DNA of 27,482 nucleotides from Tubiluchus corallicola (taxonomy: Eukaryota > Animalia > Priapulida), in assembly GCA_030141605.1 (NCBI GenBank), contig JAQGDQ010001732.1, positions 1 through 27,482 on the forward strand, in the 5' to 3' direction. The notes below the pieces were generated by a model, which did not search any database, was not told the DNA's origin, and was given only the letters and a program-made list of their open reading frames with translations. Shown piece by piece: positions 8,728 to 20,304 of the stretch (the stretch's first letter is position 1; each line of letters starts with the position of its first letter). The position numbers were made by a program, and so were the translations under genes.

Positions 8728-10452
8728 ATAAGCCTTTTCACAGTTTCATTGTGCGCACGCGCAGTTGTTGTGGGTCAAAGGTTAAGTGCACCACATCAAC
8801 GCGTCTTAACTACAACAGTTACGTGACATGTGGGTAAAGCGAAGCCGTCTGCTGCTTCAGTTCAGCAACTTCAGTTATTTTATGTGGACTGTAATAATAA
8901 TAATTCCATTTAGGACATAGTCTTAGGGTAACACCTTAAGTACCCTATACTTATTACCAAGGTGGTCCCGATTATTATTACCCGCATGTTACTTCTATAA
9001 AACCGCCAAACTTTACGTAATTATTCATTAGTCTGTGCATAGAGTGACTTACTAGCAGGATCTTGCTTGGGAACAAGAAAAAATGAACTAGGTAAGGTTC
9101 TAGCTAGCTGTTAAAACTGTTAGTATTACAATAGCATGGGTTGCGGAGCGTTGTCAAGTGTACACAAATACATTATCTGGTACACTTAACCTTTGACCTT
9201 TTCACGATCATCATCAATCGCTGACTATGTTGCTCCTTTGCTGCATTATCGAGGATGACCATGGGCACAGTGTAACTAGGTATGTCTAAAGAGTTTTAGA
9301 CGTATACGTTTAATGTAATCATGTCATATTGTAGTTTCTTTTCTCTTTACAAAAACATAGAACTAAAATGTAGATCTCTTATAATAGACCAGTAAACCTT
9401 TATTACTAAACATGTACTAATTATTATTACTACTACTACTACTAATAATAATAATTACTCTTGTTTCATCGTTATTGTAAATATCATCACTGTAAAAATG
9501 TTATATTCATCTATAATTATGCACATATTTTAATTACTTGTTCTTGTTTTTGATATAAAAGTCAAAGTATATACATACTTTTAGAAAGATGCTACAAATT
9601 AAACTCAATTCAGTATTTGTAAGTTAAAGTATATAGATACTTTTAGAAAGATGCTACAAATTAAACTCAATTCAGTATTTGTAAGTCAAAGTATATACAT
9701 ACTTTTAGAAAGATGCTACAAATTAAACTCAATTCAGTATTTGTAAGTCAAAGTATATACATACTTTTAGAAAGATGCTACAAATTAAACTCAATTCAGT
9801 ATTTGTATGTGAAAGTATATACATACTTTTAGAAAGATGCTACAAATTAAACTCAATTCAGTATTTGTATGTGAAAGTATATACATACTTTTAGAAAGAT
9901 GCTACAAATTAAACTCAATTCAGTATTTGTAAGTCAAAGTATATACATACTTTTAGAAAGATGCTACAAATTAAACTCAATTCAGTATTTGTATGTGAAA
10001 GTATATACATACTTTTAGAAAGATGCTACAAATTAAACTCAATTCAGTATTTGTATGTGAAAGTATATTCATACTTTTAGAAAAATGCTACAAATTAAAC
10101 TCAATTCAGTTTTGTATGCGTCAAAAATGAGAAAGTAACTGTAATCAGTCGCCCAAGTTTTGCTCTCCCGCCTAATATTACGATTAAAAAATTCAAACTT
10201 TTTACATAAAATTAAAAAGTTAAAGACATTCAATGAAACTGTTAAAATCAGAAATTGTTTCAAAACATTTCGAAGAAAAAAAAACAAACATTCTTCGCAA
10301 CAAAATTAAGCGTTTCACAACTGAACTGATGCGGGAGATGGCTTTGCTCTACCCATATGTCACGTTGTAGTTAAGATGCGCTGCTGTGGTGCACTTAACC
10401 TTTGACCTGCAGCAACTGCGCGTGCGCACAACGAAACAGTGAAAAGGCTTAT
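8728..10452. mobile_element. Non-autonomous inverted-repeat element (~1.7 kb) with ~135-bp terminal inverted repeats and an internal minisatellite
   Basis: 8728-8865 (ATAAGCCTTTTCACAGTTTCATTGTGCGCACGCGCAGTTG..GGTCAAAGGTTAAGTGCACCAC..) is the reverse complement of 10320-10452, with scattered substitutions and a small indel. The same terminus, GTGAAAAGGCTTAT, recurs at 14748-14761. Confidence 0.75.
9559..10118. repeat. Minisatellite, 9 x 62 bp
   Basis: Unit AAAGTATATACATACTTTTAGAAAGATGCTACAAATTAAACTCAATTCAGTATTTGT(AAGTC/ATGTG), starting at 9564, 9626, 9688 ... 10060. Confidence 0.95.
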
Positions 10453-10875
10453 CCAGTTTAGTTAGTTTAAACATAATTTATTTAGGATTGGATCAGACAG
10501 TTTGTACAACATGATTTAAGATCCTCACCACAACAGACTTTAGACACTATTTACAAGAACATTTACAGTAAGAATAGACTATACTTAGTTTTTAGTATAC
10601 TTTAGTATACTAAAGTTTTACTACAGTGATACATTAGACATTAGTAAAAAATGACGGTTAGTAAATATTAATGTACGATTATTTAAGAATGATGCATTTT
10701 ATATCAGATAGAAACTACTGGAAGCGTTTAGCACATAATATAAAGTCATGTATACATTGGAATATTTTACAGTTAGTAACATAGTTAAATTCATCTTTAC
10801 CGAATAACAGTACTGAATAATCTTATCGAGTTTAACATATACATATTCCTTGCGACAACAAAATTATCATGAAAT

Positions 10876-11508
10876 TTAGAAACCTCCCAACTGATATCGC
10901 AGACGTTGTAGTTCTAAATTAAAAGTTTCTTTCGGAGAAAGTTCGGTAGATCTTTGTCCTCGTCCGTGTTCAGCAGACTTTCTTACATTCAGACGATGAT
11001 GTGTGTTGTAACCGTCCTTCATTCCTGCAACAATGTATGACAACATCTTCCACCAGGCGTCTCTACATTCGTCCGTAAAGCGGCGCCCTAGTCGACTTCG
11101 CCAAACGTGCATGATGGCTTCCGTGAACTCGTCGAAGAATTGTGGCGTGAAACCTCGATGCGTGTAACTCGTGTGTGATTTCCCTAAACTGACCAACAGT
11201 GGTTCTAGGTGCTGCTTCAGAGTGTCCAGATGGTCAACTGCAGCACCGACCGCCTGCATGAATCGACTAGCGTGACCCTTGAAATCCACGTTCCTCAAGA
11301 GTTCTTCCCCTTCGATGTTCCTGAACGGGAAAAGTTCCTTTACTTGTGGATTTAATTCAAAGATTTTTAGAAAAACTTCCGTTCCTACTGCCGTCATGTC
11401 GTTGCTAAGGTGACGCCATGTTTTGCGTATCATCGCTTTGTCCTTCTCCGTCAGTTGATGACTACTTCCGGTCAGAGTGAGAGACGCGTTTGAGCATCCG
11501 CTTCCCAT
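10876..11508 (-). CDS. Globin 1: neuroglobin/globin X-like with predicted N-myristoylation (MGSGCS) and possible Cys5 palmitoylation; single-exon CDS
   Basis: 210 aa with a 3/3 globin pattern: A-helix LTEKDKAMIRKTW, B-C-CD GTEVFLKIFELNPQVKELFPF (Pro C2, Phe CD1), distal His E7 in FKGHASRFMQAVG, proximal His F8 in LGKSH, H-helix DAWWKML..I..GM. Confidence 0.95.
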   Translation of the reverse strand: MGSGCSNASLTLTGSSHQLTEKDKAMIRKTWRHLSNDMTAVGTEVFLKIFELNPQVKELFPFRNIEGEELLRNVDFKGHASRFMQAVGAAVDHLDTLKQHLEPLLVSLGKSHTSYTHRGFTPQFFDEFTEAIMHVWRSRLGRRFTDECRDAWWKMLSYIVAGMKDGYNTHHRLNVRKSAEHGRGQRSTELSPKETFNLELQRLRYQLGGF

Positions 11509-11892
11509 ACTTAATCACTTCAGTGATCTCACCTCTTTACAAATGTGGAAAATAAGAACTCGCAGTATCGCTTGTATGTTTCATCTACTGTATATTGTAC
11601 TACTGTATTATGACGTAATCTGTTTTTTGTTTGTTGTCATTGGCAACGCAAACTTATTTCAGCCACACTATGTCACTATGGCTAATATTGTACAGCTGAG
11701 CATATATGTATAGGATATTTTACATTGTGACTCGTCTCAAGACTTTTCAAATGGTCATGCAGTGCTGTCCATCACTTTCTGAAATACGGTATGAAGCACT
11801 GTTATACTTGAATGCTGAAACATCAACGCGGTCAGTTGCATTGCCACAAGAATACCAGTTTTTTACTTGAGTGCTTATTCTGAAAAAAGGAA

Positions 11893-11989
11893 AAGTCGAA
11901 TTAGCCTAGTGGTAATCCGTCCGCTTTTCGGTCTGGGAGGTCGTGAGTTCGATACAGCGAAAAGGTCATACCAAAAACTTTAAAAATGG
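11893..11989 (+). mobile_element. 3'-truncated tRNA-derived SINE
   Basis: Pol III A-box-like TAGCCTAGTGG and B-box-like GAGTTCGATAC, followed by the core GGTCATACCAAAAACTTTAAAAATGG. A homologous, longer copy lies on the minus strand at 26259-26490. Confidence 0.8.
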
Positions 11990-12554
11990 CTTTACAAATT
12001 TATAGTAACCTACGCAAACGTGCTTAACCCATGCAGAGAAGATGCCATTTTACACATACTTTTACATGTGAACTACCTTTACACATACTGTGGTTAGTTT
12101 GTGATGTAAGCGATAGCTGTGTTCGGTTACCGGTAATTAACTTTCCAAGATTATTAAAATATTAGAAACAATTGCTGACTTTTATAGGATGTGTATTTTG
12201 GACAGTAAATTGAAATAAGATTGAGTTTAGATTTTAAACTCATGTGCGCCGTAATGCGTAATGCGTGATTTGTGATCCATAACGCGTGATGCGGATTGAC
12301 TGTTCCATGTGTGGGTAAACGTTATGCGTATTAAGAAACGCCACCGCGTTTTTTGAGCTATTTTTGTTCGCTGTTCGTGAAGATTATAAGCAATAATTTT
12401 TGGGAACCATGTCTCTCTCGAAATTTATGCGTGATAATTACAGCTGCTTCGTCAGGTTATTACTGTATTATTAGACGGAAAAGAAAGCACAGGTTTTGGG
12501 TGAATAACATTTTGTAGGGGAGAGAGAACAATATGGCAGGTATCATCCATTAAT

Positions 12555-12692
12555 GATATAAGTCATGATATATTAACATATATATATAAGTCATGATATA
12601 TTAACATATATATATAAGTCATGATATATTAACATATATATATAAGTCATGATATATTAACATATATATATATAAGTCATGATATATTAATG
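12555..12692. repeat. Minisatellite, ~5 x 28-30 bp
   Basis: Unit ATAAGTCATGATATATTAACATATATAT; AGTCATG recurs at 12561, 12589, 12617, 12645 and 12675. Confidence 0.9.
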
Positions 12693-13521
12693 ATATATCA
12701 TCCGTTAATATTACATTTGCTTTTAATATTCTATGTACACTGAAAAGTTATTAAGGACAGGGGACTTAGTAGTAAAATAATTGGTGTAGTGGTTGCGTTT
12801 GTTTAGTATAGTAAAGTCTGTTTATTCTTGTGGTTAAAGCTGCTTGCTGATTATTGTTGTTTATTGCGTGGCGTGTGAGGTAGCCACGATGGGCATGGCA
12901 AACTATCAAGACTTTATTTAATAAACTACACATTTATTAAACATCAAACACAACACGGTAAATATAAGAGGATAGTAATGCCAGCCCTCCGTCTTCAAGT
13001 CAGTTCCTGATCTCCCCGGAGGTGCGGGCCTCAAAACACTTTTGTCTAACTACCTAATGCGCCGTGAGCTTCTGCGCATAAGGATTACATCGTCAATCTT
13101 TACTTCTGAGTCAGCCGGTCAAACATCAGCTGATCACGTGATGTCACACCAAACTAGGCTTCTATCCACGACGATAGTTTAATCTTGCATCGTCACGCAT
13201 TTAATCTTGAATTTTTAATTTAATAATTTAATCACCAATTTAATCCAGTTCACTATTTAACACAACTTTCCTTTGCTGCTGTTAGATGCATAACACATGC
13301 TTCTTCCATTTCTCAAAAACTCAAAAACAAATAATCCTATTGTTTATAGGTCCTAAAGTGACCAAAACTCACCTAACTAGTATTTTCAGAAAGCTAAACA
13401 GCCATAAAGCTAAACAGCTCAACACCGGAAGCTCGCTATAATCACCTAGGCAACGGCGGTTTCCCGTCTGCGTATTGTTGCGTGACGCGTATTCGGACGA
13501 AAGCGATCGCTTTCGAATGAG

Positions 13522-13860
13522 TACGGATCACGCATCACGCATTGCGTACACATGGAAACACTTTTACATGTTTAAATACAAACTGTTGTAGACGCATTAC
13601 GGATCACGCATCACGCATTACGTACACATGGAAACACTTCTACATATTTAAATACAAACTGTTGTAGACGCATTACGGATCACGCATCACGCATCACGTA
13701 CACATGGAAACACTTTTGCATATTTAAATACAAACTGTTGTAGACGCATTACGGATCACGCATCACGCATTGCGTACACATGGAAACACTTTTACATGTT
13801 TAAATACAAACTGTTGTAGACGCATTACGGATCACGTATCACGCATTTCGTACATATGGA
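13522..13860. repeat. Minisatellite, ~4.5 x 76 bp
   Basis: TACGGATCACGCATCACGCATT.CGTACACATGGAAACAC.. recurs at 13522, 13598, 13674, 13750 and 13826. A degenerate inverted copy of part of the unit lies at ~12238-12290. Confidence 0.92.
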
Positions 13861-14307
13861 GTCGTACCTTAATCAATCGCCTGGTTTTCCTTTAATATTC
13901 TGCTGTTACATGTATAAAGTAAATAACGTTATATAGGAACAAAGTAGACATCTAAACCGAAGAGGAGCAACCATACCAGAAAAAGCTGCAGAAATTGCAC
14001 AAATAAAACTGTCCAGATTTATTAAGTTTGAATAACTATATATTGTGTAAGTAATCATTAAGAAAGAATATAACCTTTTGTAACTTGCAACTTTCGAAAG
14101 TGAAGCTCAATTTTTATGATTTTATTTCTTTTTGCAACCCTTTTGGCCTAGATCCGCCCCCTCTGAGCACTTGGTAACTTCGCCTAAGTAAGATTTAATA
14201 GGTGTCTTGCAATGAAGCAATTAGTGGTAATTAGAGGCGTCTTGAAGACATTGTGACACGCTACCTGCTGCACGAAAGTCCTGATTTTGTCTATTAACTT
14301 GCTTCTC

Positions 14308-14996
14308 ACAAGACCGCGGAAGCCAAGTCACGTTAATTATTATTGCCATGGATACTGAAGCCAAGCTGAGAAAATATGGATATTTGAAGTTCCTTTGAAT
14401 TCAAAGAGGGAGAAAGTTATGTGAGTTGATCGATGGTCGAGGAGTTAACAAAGTAAACACGACCATAGTTAAGCAGCGTTAGACCTGGTTTCTGGTTAGT
14501 AAATGGATGAATCTCTTGTACCACTGTACCGATAGGCTCTAAATCCAGAAAAGTACCAATTTTAGAATTTGTTGGCCATGGCAAGGTCACCATGACAACC
14601 ACACGCCTAGAACTCAAACACCACTTCTAGTGAAACTTTGGTTGGAATCGGGAGCATAGGCTGCGTGGCGTTGTAAAGTGTACATTAATGCGTTGTCTGG
14701 TTCACTTAACCTTTGACCTTTACACGATCATCATCAATCATGGGAGTGTGAAAAGGCTTATTATCTAGGATACCACGGCTCAGAGTTTCGTCTCCATTAC
14801 GTCAGCGGTTTCGGAGTAGCCTTTAAACCCAGAAAAGTACCATTGCTGTGCAACTATGGTAACTATGGCAACCAATTTTTTTAATACGTGAGTAGAGCTC
14901 AGACCCCAACCGTTGTGTGGGTTTTAATCGGATTAACGGTTTCGGGGAAGCCAAACAGACAGGTTAATATGACTTGGCTTCCGTATGAGAATGATA
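14308..14996. mobile_element. Composite interspersed repeat with 20-bp subterminal inverted repeats (possibly Helentron/HINE-like)
   Basis: CGGAAGCCAAGTCACGTTAA (14317-14336) and TTAATATGACTTGGCTTCCG (14964-14983) match at 18/20 in inverted orientation. A short ACAGACAG precedes the right repeat. Internally duplicated AAAGTACCA..ATG(A/G)CAACC units are present, and 14654-14738 matches 9133-9218. Confidence 0.5.
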
Positions 14997-15150
14997 ATTC
15001 CTGTCAAGCGTAAATATGTTATTAATCAGTGATACAGGTGTTAGTTTGACTCTAGTTATAGGTGTTTATTAACAGGAAGAGAAACACCTGAGAAATGTAC
15101 CTTTCATTGCTGACAGAATGACTTATATAGTTCAGTAATTTGGAAAGTTA

Positions 15151-15901
15151 GTCCCGTTTCACAGTGAAGACGCGCGGCAGAATTCTTCGAAGAAAAATTT
15201 CTTGCCGTATTCACCACGAAAATTAAGCATATTGTTTTCTGTAGTAGAGAAAAAATTTCTTGCCGTATTTCTGACGAAAATGAAACATATTGTTTTCTAT
15301 GGTAGAGAAAAAATTTCTTGCCGTATTTCTAACGAAAATGAAACACATTGTTTTCTATGGTAGAGGAAAAATTTCTTGCCGTATTTCTAACGAAGATGAA
15401 ACATATTGTTTTCTATGGTAGAGGAAAAATTTCTTGCCGTATTTCTCACGAAAATGAAACATATTGTTTTCTATGGTAGAGAAAAAATTTCTTGCCGTAT
15501 TTCTCACGAAAAGAGGAAAAATTTCTTGCCGTATTTCTCACGAAAATGAAACATATTGTTTTGTATTTCACAGTGAAGACGCGCGGCAGGATTCCTCCTG
15601 CAGTTTCTGGTGAGGAATTCTGCCACCAGCTAGAAGCCATGCGTCCTCCTCGTGAGGAAATTTGCCGCACGGTAGAACTTTAATAAAAAAAAGCAAATAG
15701 GTCTGACATTGCATTGACTAACATTATTAATTGAGCTTTTTGTATGAGAAATACGGCAAGTATAACTTAATTAAGATATGATTATACAGTATGAAACTTG
15801 CAAAGTAACTGCAGCTAACTGGACGCACAGAAAAAAAAACCGCGTCCTGATTTCCTGATTTTCTGACACCAATCACTTGCCTCCTCAATGTGAAATGGGC
15901 C
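15151..15901. mobile_element. MITE (~750 bp) with 22-bp TIRs, a TA target duplication and an internal ~58-bp tandem array (~15190-15565)
   Basis: The left end GTCCCGTTTCACAGTGAAGACG matches the reverse complement of the right end, GGCCCATTTCACATTGAGGAGG, at 17/22. Flanks GTTA|...|TAAC are consistent with insertion into GTTAAC. The internal unit GAAAAATTTCTTGCCGTATTTCT.ACGAAAATGAAACATATTGTTTTCTATGGTAGA is repeated about 6 times. Confidence 0.75.
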
Positions 15902-16594
15902 TAACAGAGTCAGATACAACGCCTCAAACCTCAAATCATAAAAGCAACCCACCATTTACCGTCGAAGCACAACTAGAAAAAATAAATCAGCACTTTTAAT
16001 TCACATGTAAATTTTATCTTTTAACGACGAAACACTTAAGATAATTTCTAACGACAACAAACTCATGACAAGAGAACAGCTAGCTTGTGAACACACAGGA
16101 AAAAAAATCAAAATTTCTGCACAAACATTATTATTATTATTATTAGCTACTCAATCATTTTCTATGAAACGACAAACGATTTGAAGTGCGCATGCGTTAA
16201 TTTATCTCACTAAGATCACGCATGGCATTTTCATTTCTAATGTACTACACAGGGTTAATGTAGGTGCAATTGGAATTAAGATGAAATAGCCAGCACTTTG
16301 AAGTGCCCAACTTGCGCATGCGTATACTTCAATAAATCCCTGTCTCTGACATTGATATAATGTAACACATGGTGAAGTTAATTCTACACAAGAACATTTT
16401 AATATTAAAATATCTAAACGCCCACTCGTTCAATTTGAAGGGGAAGAACTAGCAATTTTAAAGTATGTCCCAAAAAATTCCCCCCACAAGTTATATAATT
16501 TTGCATTATGCTTTCATGTTTGAAAGTTTTACGTTCGAGACTTGAAATAGATTCTGTTTGAAAGAATTATGAAAAGAAAATGCGAAATCTTCAC

Positions 16595-16770
16595 GCAGAT
16601 TGGTTCGCTATTGACGTGAAGCGTATTGGTCTGTCGCTCCGCCTCCATTGTGACGTAAGCACGCCCACCAGCATTCGGGACAGCAGCTTATGCTGGATAA
16701 CAAGTCTCTTTAGTAAACAACGTGACAACTGCTTTTGGCTGTTACGTCATTGTGACGTCATAAATACAAT
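16595..16770. promoter_or_regulatory. Candidate promoter/enhancer between the divergent globins (CCAAT, GC-box-like and CRE cluster)
   Basis: Two ATTGG (reverse CCAAT) motifs, CCGCCTCC and CACGCCC, TGACGTAA (16651-16658), TTACGTCA (16742-16749), TGACGTCA (16753-16760), then CATAAATA. The stretch is locally CpG-rich. Confidence 0.45.
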
Positions 16771-17385
16771 GACAATTGTTTTTATGACGCTTAAATTTAA
16801 AAACATGGAACAAAAAGGAATAACAGTTTGGATACTGCTGGGAATATTGGAGTCAGAAAACTATGGCAACTGCCGAACATGATCCATAGATATTTTCTGC
16901 CTGATACAAGTGGTCTTGCAAGGTCCAGTTACATGTTTGAATCACGATTTGTTAAATTTTATGACGCATGTATCAGCAGCAATAATTGTATTGTAATTTT
17001 GGTAACAAGCTATGCATTCTGTGAACTCTATTTTAAGAGCTAAAATCCGACTCTTGGTATTCAAGTATTGTAATAATAAAATTAGCAGGGAATAATTTCT
17101 AAATTAACAGAATGAAGTGAATGAAATGAAGAATTAACAGTGAATAAGAAACAGTATTACGCGCTTTGTTAAATGATGCACTTTATGCGTTAGAAACGAA
17201 AGATATTATCTTCTCTGCAGAGAAGCACATCTATGTGTATAGTAAGTAATATTTGTGTGAGTTTTAACTCTCTCATAGGTTCTTATAGGTTCTCATAGGT
17301 TCTCATAGGTACTAATATAAGACTCATTCCACGTTATAATATTTACTGTGTGACATGTCTTGTGGTTTGTTAATCTGTCCGTCCG

Positions 17386-17393
17386 TAATAATG

Positions 17394-17447
<54 letters not shown>

Positions 17448-17475
17448 GTAATTGTAATAATAATAGTAATAATAT
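17386..17475. repeat. (AAT)n microsatellite
   Basis: Direct trinucleotide run. Confidence 0.95.
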
Positions 17476-18174
17476 GATTATTATTCATTTAACCTAAATA
17501 AAAACGTGTAGGCAGGTTTTTTTTAAAAATTAATTAAAATATAAATTCTTTAAACAAAACATTTTTAATTGCTGCTGTGTTCCTTTAAATTTCAAAATTC
17601 TATCTACATTATGAAGGCAATGGTTCTGGAAAATTACGAATCGCATCTTGTTGTTTAGCAGACTAGCTTAAATCTACTGTCGATAGATGGCGCAACTTCC
17701 TTGCTTTCTGTTCTCCGGATGTTGTCTACGTGGAAACTGCGCGCATCAATGACTATAGTTGTGTGGGTAACAGTTAGTCGTTGAAAGTACGTCATAATTT
17801 CTTAATTAAGTTACCATTCTATGATTTTTTTGAGCTTCAATAAAGCTTAAGTTTCATAAAAAATAAACTAGAATAGGTTTGATTAAAGAAATTATGGTAT
17901 TGTCTTTCCATCACTAACGTTACTCAGTAAACAATAGTCAATGATGCGCGCACTGTCCCCGTAGTGTTTTGTTTGTTGTCAGAAATTTCTATCATTTTTA
18001 ACAAATGCTCAATTTCGCAATAAAAACAATTTTAAAAAAATTAAAGTGATTGGGGCTTACTACTGAATTTCTGACAATGCTGTCAAGATACTAGAAATGA
18101 TTTTGAGAAAATTTGCATAATTGATATCGAAAACAGTGCATTGAGAAGACGTTTTTTGTCTGGCAGTCAGTAAG

Positions 18175-18271
18175 GTACAGTCGGGTAGCCTGGCACCAAG
18201 TGTTTTTGTGTTGTACAGTCGGGTAGCCTGGCACCAAGTGTTTTTGTGTTGTACAGTCGGGTAGCCTGGCA
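18175..18271. repeat. Short tandem repeat, ~2.6 x 38 bp
   Basis: GTACAGTCGGGTAGCCTGGCACCAAGTGTTTTTGTGTT repeated. Confidence 0.9.
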
Positions 18272-18591
18272 ACAAGCGTTTTTTCACTTGTATTTTGCCT
18301 TTATTCATGAAAGCAGTGCAAATTTTAGAACCCAGGGCGCATGTGGCGAATAAGTTTTCGGGTAAACCTACTTGTTAAGATGCTTAAAGGAGAGGTCAAC
18401 ACTTCTAGGAGGTTAAGCTTATTTCAATGTTCCCAAAAAATGTTAGAAGGATTTAGTAATAAAACTGCAATAAGCGCCTCGTGTAATTAGTAAAATCATA
18501 ACAAAGTTGTGATCACTTCATGCTCGGGCGCTCCCATTTCCTTTTCCAATGACGTCATTCGTGTTGAAGAAAATTAGCGCACTGCCAATCT

Positions 18592-18624
<33 letters not shown>

Positions 18625-18627
<3 letters not shown>

Positions 18628-18676
18628 TAAAGAATTAATATATATATATATATATATATATATTAATTCTTTATTT
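18625..18676. repeat. Perfect 52-bp AT-rich palindrome centred on (TA)12
   Basis: AAATAAAGAATTAA-(TA)12-TTAATTCTTTATTT. Confidence 0.9.
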
Positions 18677-20304
18677 TGTCATTAAAATGGTTCACTCATT
18701 ATAATAAAATTGAGTAAGCCTCAGCGTAATGTTAAGATAACAACACTGTTCAAGACAAATGCGTCCAGTGCAAACTAAAAAAAACTAAAGTGCAAAGCTA
18801 AGGCCTAATTATATACAATAAATGAACATATTTACAAACACCATATTAAAATACTTTTACAAAACAATATTACAAACGTACAATAAATTTTACATTTCAT
18901 ATTTTACACTATATATACATTTGACAGGGACACAATTAACAGAAACATGCTTTATATTATATAAATTTCACTCATTACATTTACACTATTTATACATTTG
19001 ACATTAGAAAACTAACATAACACGTATTACATAATTTTTTAAAAATTTTACATTTTTAATCGTTTTATGGAGTCAGGGGCGGGGGTAGATGAAAGTTGAG
19101 TCTGTGCAATTAGTATCAGATGCACAATGTGGAAGTTGAAACCTGTTATATTGATATTCTTTTAATTTCTTTTTAAAGTGGTGGAGAGATTCTTCATCAA
19201 AAATATAATTTTTTTACAAAAAAAATAGTTAGCTAATTTCGTAATATTTTTGCATGCACATTAGGTAAGCTGCAGAAGTTTGAAACACTTTAGACAGCGC
19301 GCTTACGGAAACCCACGATGTGCTTACGAGAAATCACGAAGTTTCCCAGTTACGTCATAATTTTCAAGTAATTGCCGAATGCATCTTGAATATGGAGTCC
19401 AGTACTGCAAAACACTACTAAAATGTCTCGTAATTGTATAAGATAAATAGAAAAACATGAATTTGTAAAACATTCAGGGACTATCCTCGATAATGAGCAA
19501 GATTCCGGTATTGCTACAACCACGCATATTGAGTAAACTCGATCTGCCATTGAACGCCGTGCTGCAAATGAACCCAGGAATCTGTCTAGAAGTTTCTGCT
19601 CAGTTCAGATTTGATTAAGACGTGATTAAAGCTTCCCCCCCCTCCCCCGGGAGCTTTAAAACACAATATGAAGCGCTTGAAAATCTAATTAAAAGTGCAG
19701 GCGCCTCATTATTTTAATTAGGCGGAAATTGCAGAAATTGCATCTTTATCCGTACCAGTGACTAAGATGCACATCCGCGCATGCGCAGTAGCTATGTAAT
19801 CATTAGCGATGAGCCGAGAAACCTCGAGTAAAGAACATTAAGAACACGAGATGAGCATGTATACCTGTGTACCCGGGTGTCATTAATTGCTTGATTAAGT
19901 GTTAAGCAACCAGCATGGCTTAAACCTTTGATGTGAGCTATTTGAGTCATATTGAAACAGCGCTAATGTTGTTTGTTCCCATAGTCACGTAGCCCAGCGT
20001 TCATCATTGCTGTTTAAATATTCTGATGCATTTGGTGAGGTGAATTAGCCGTCTGATAGGCGTCCCTAGCTACACCTGTTATTAAAGGCAATTTTCTTAA
20101 AACGCTTCTGTCTGTCAGCTTCCTCTAATTACAGGTAAGAAGGTTAGAAGGACAGTGAACCAACAACACGAAAGATGACGTTTGTGAAACGTGCGTTTAA
20201 AAATCCAACAAGTGATTTCGAATTTTATCTATGGTTTGTGTCTTATCTATGGTTTGTAATACTTTTAATAGAGGATAGATAATAAGCGTATTGCGTGTTC
20301 TACA

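Noticed and set aside
9559-10118. Regular arrays (also 13522-13860, 15190-15565, 21033-21612, 23541-24012) as CRISPR arrays
   Set aside because: The units are contiguous near-identical repeats with no unique spacers, there are no cas genes, and the context is eukaryotic.
11893-11965. tRNA gene (also 26420-26490)
   Set aside because: A and B boxes are present, but I could not fold a convincing cloverleaf or acceptor stem, and both copies continue into a shared non-tRNA core. These are SINE heads.
15446-15683. 63-74 aa ORFs inside the MITE as transposase remnants
   Set aside because: They derive from the tandem unit and contain no DDE or DNA-binding motifs.
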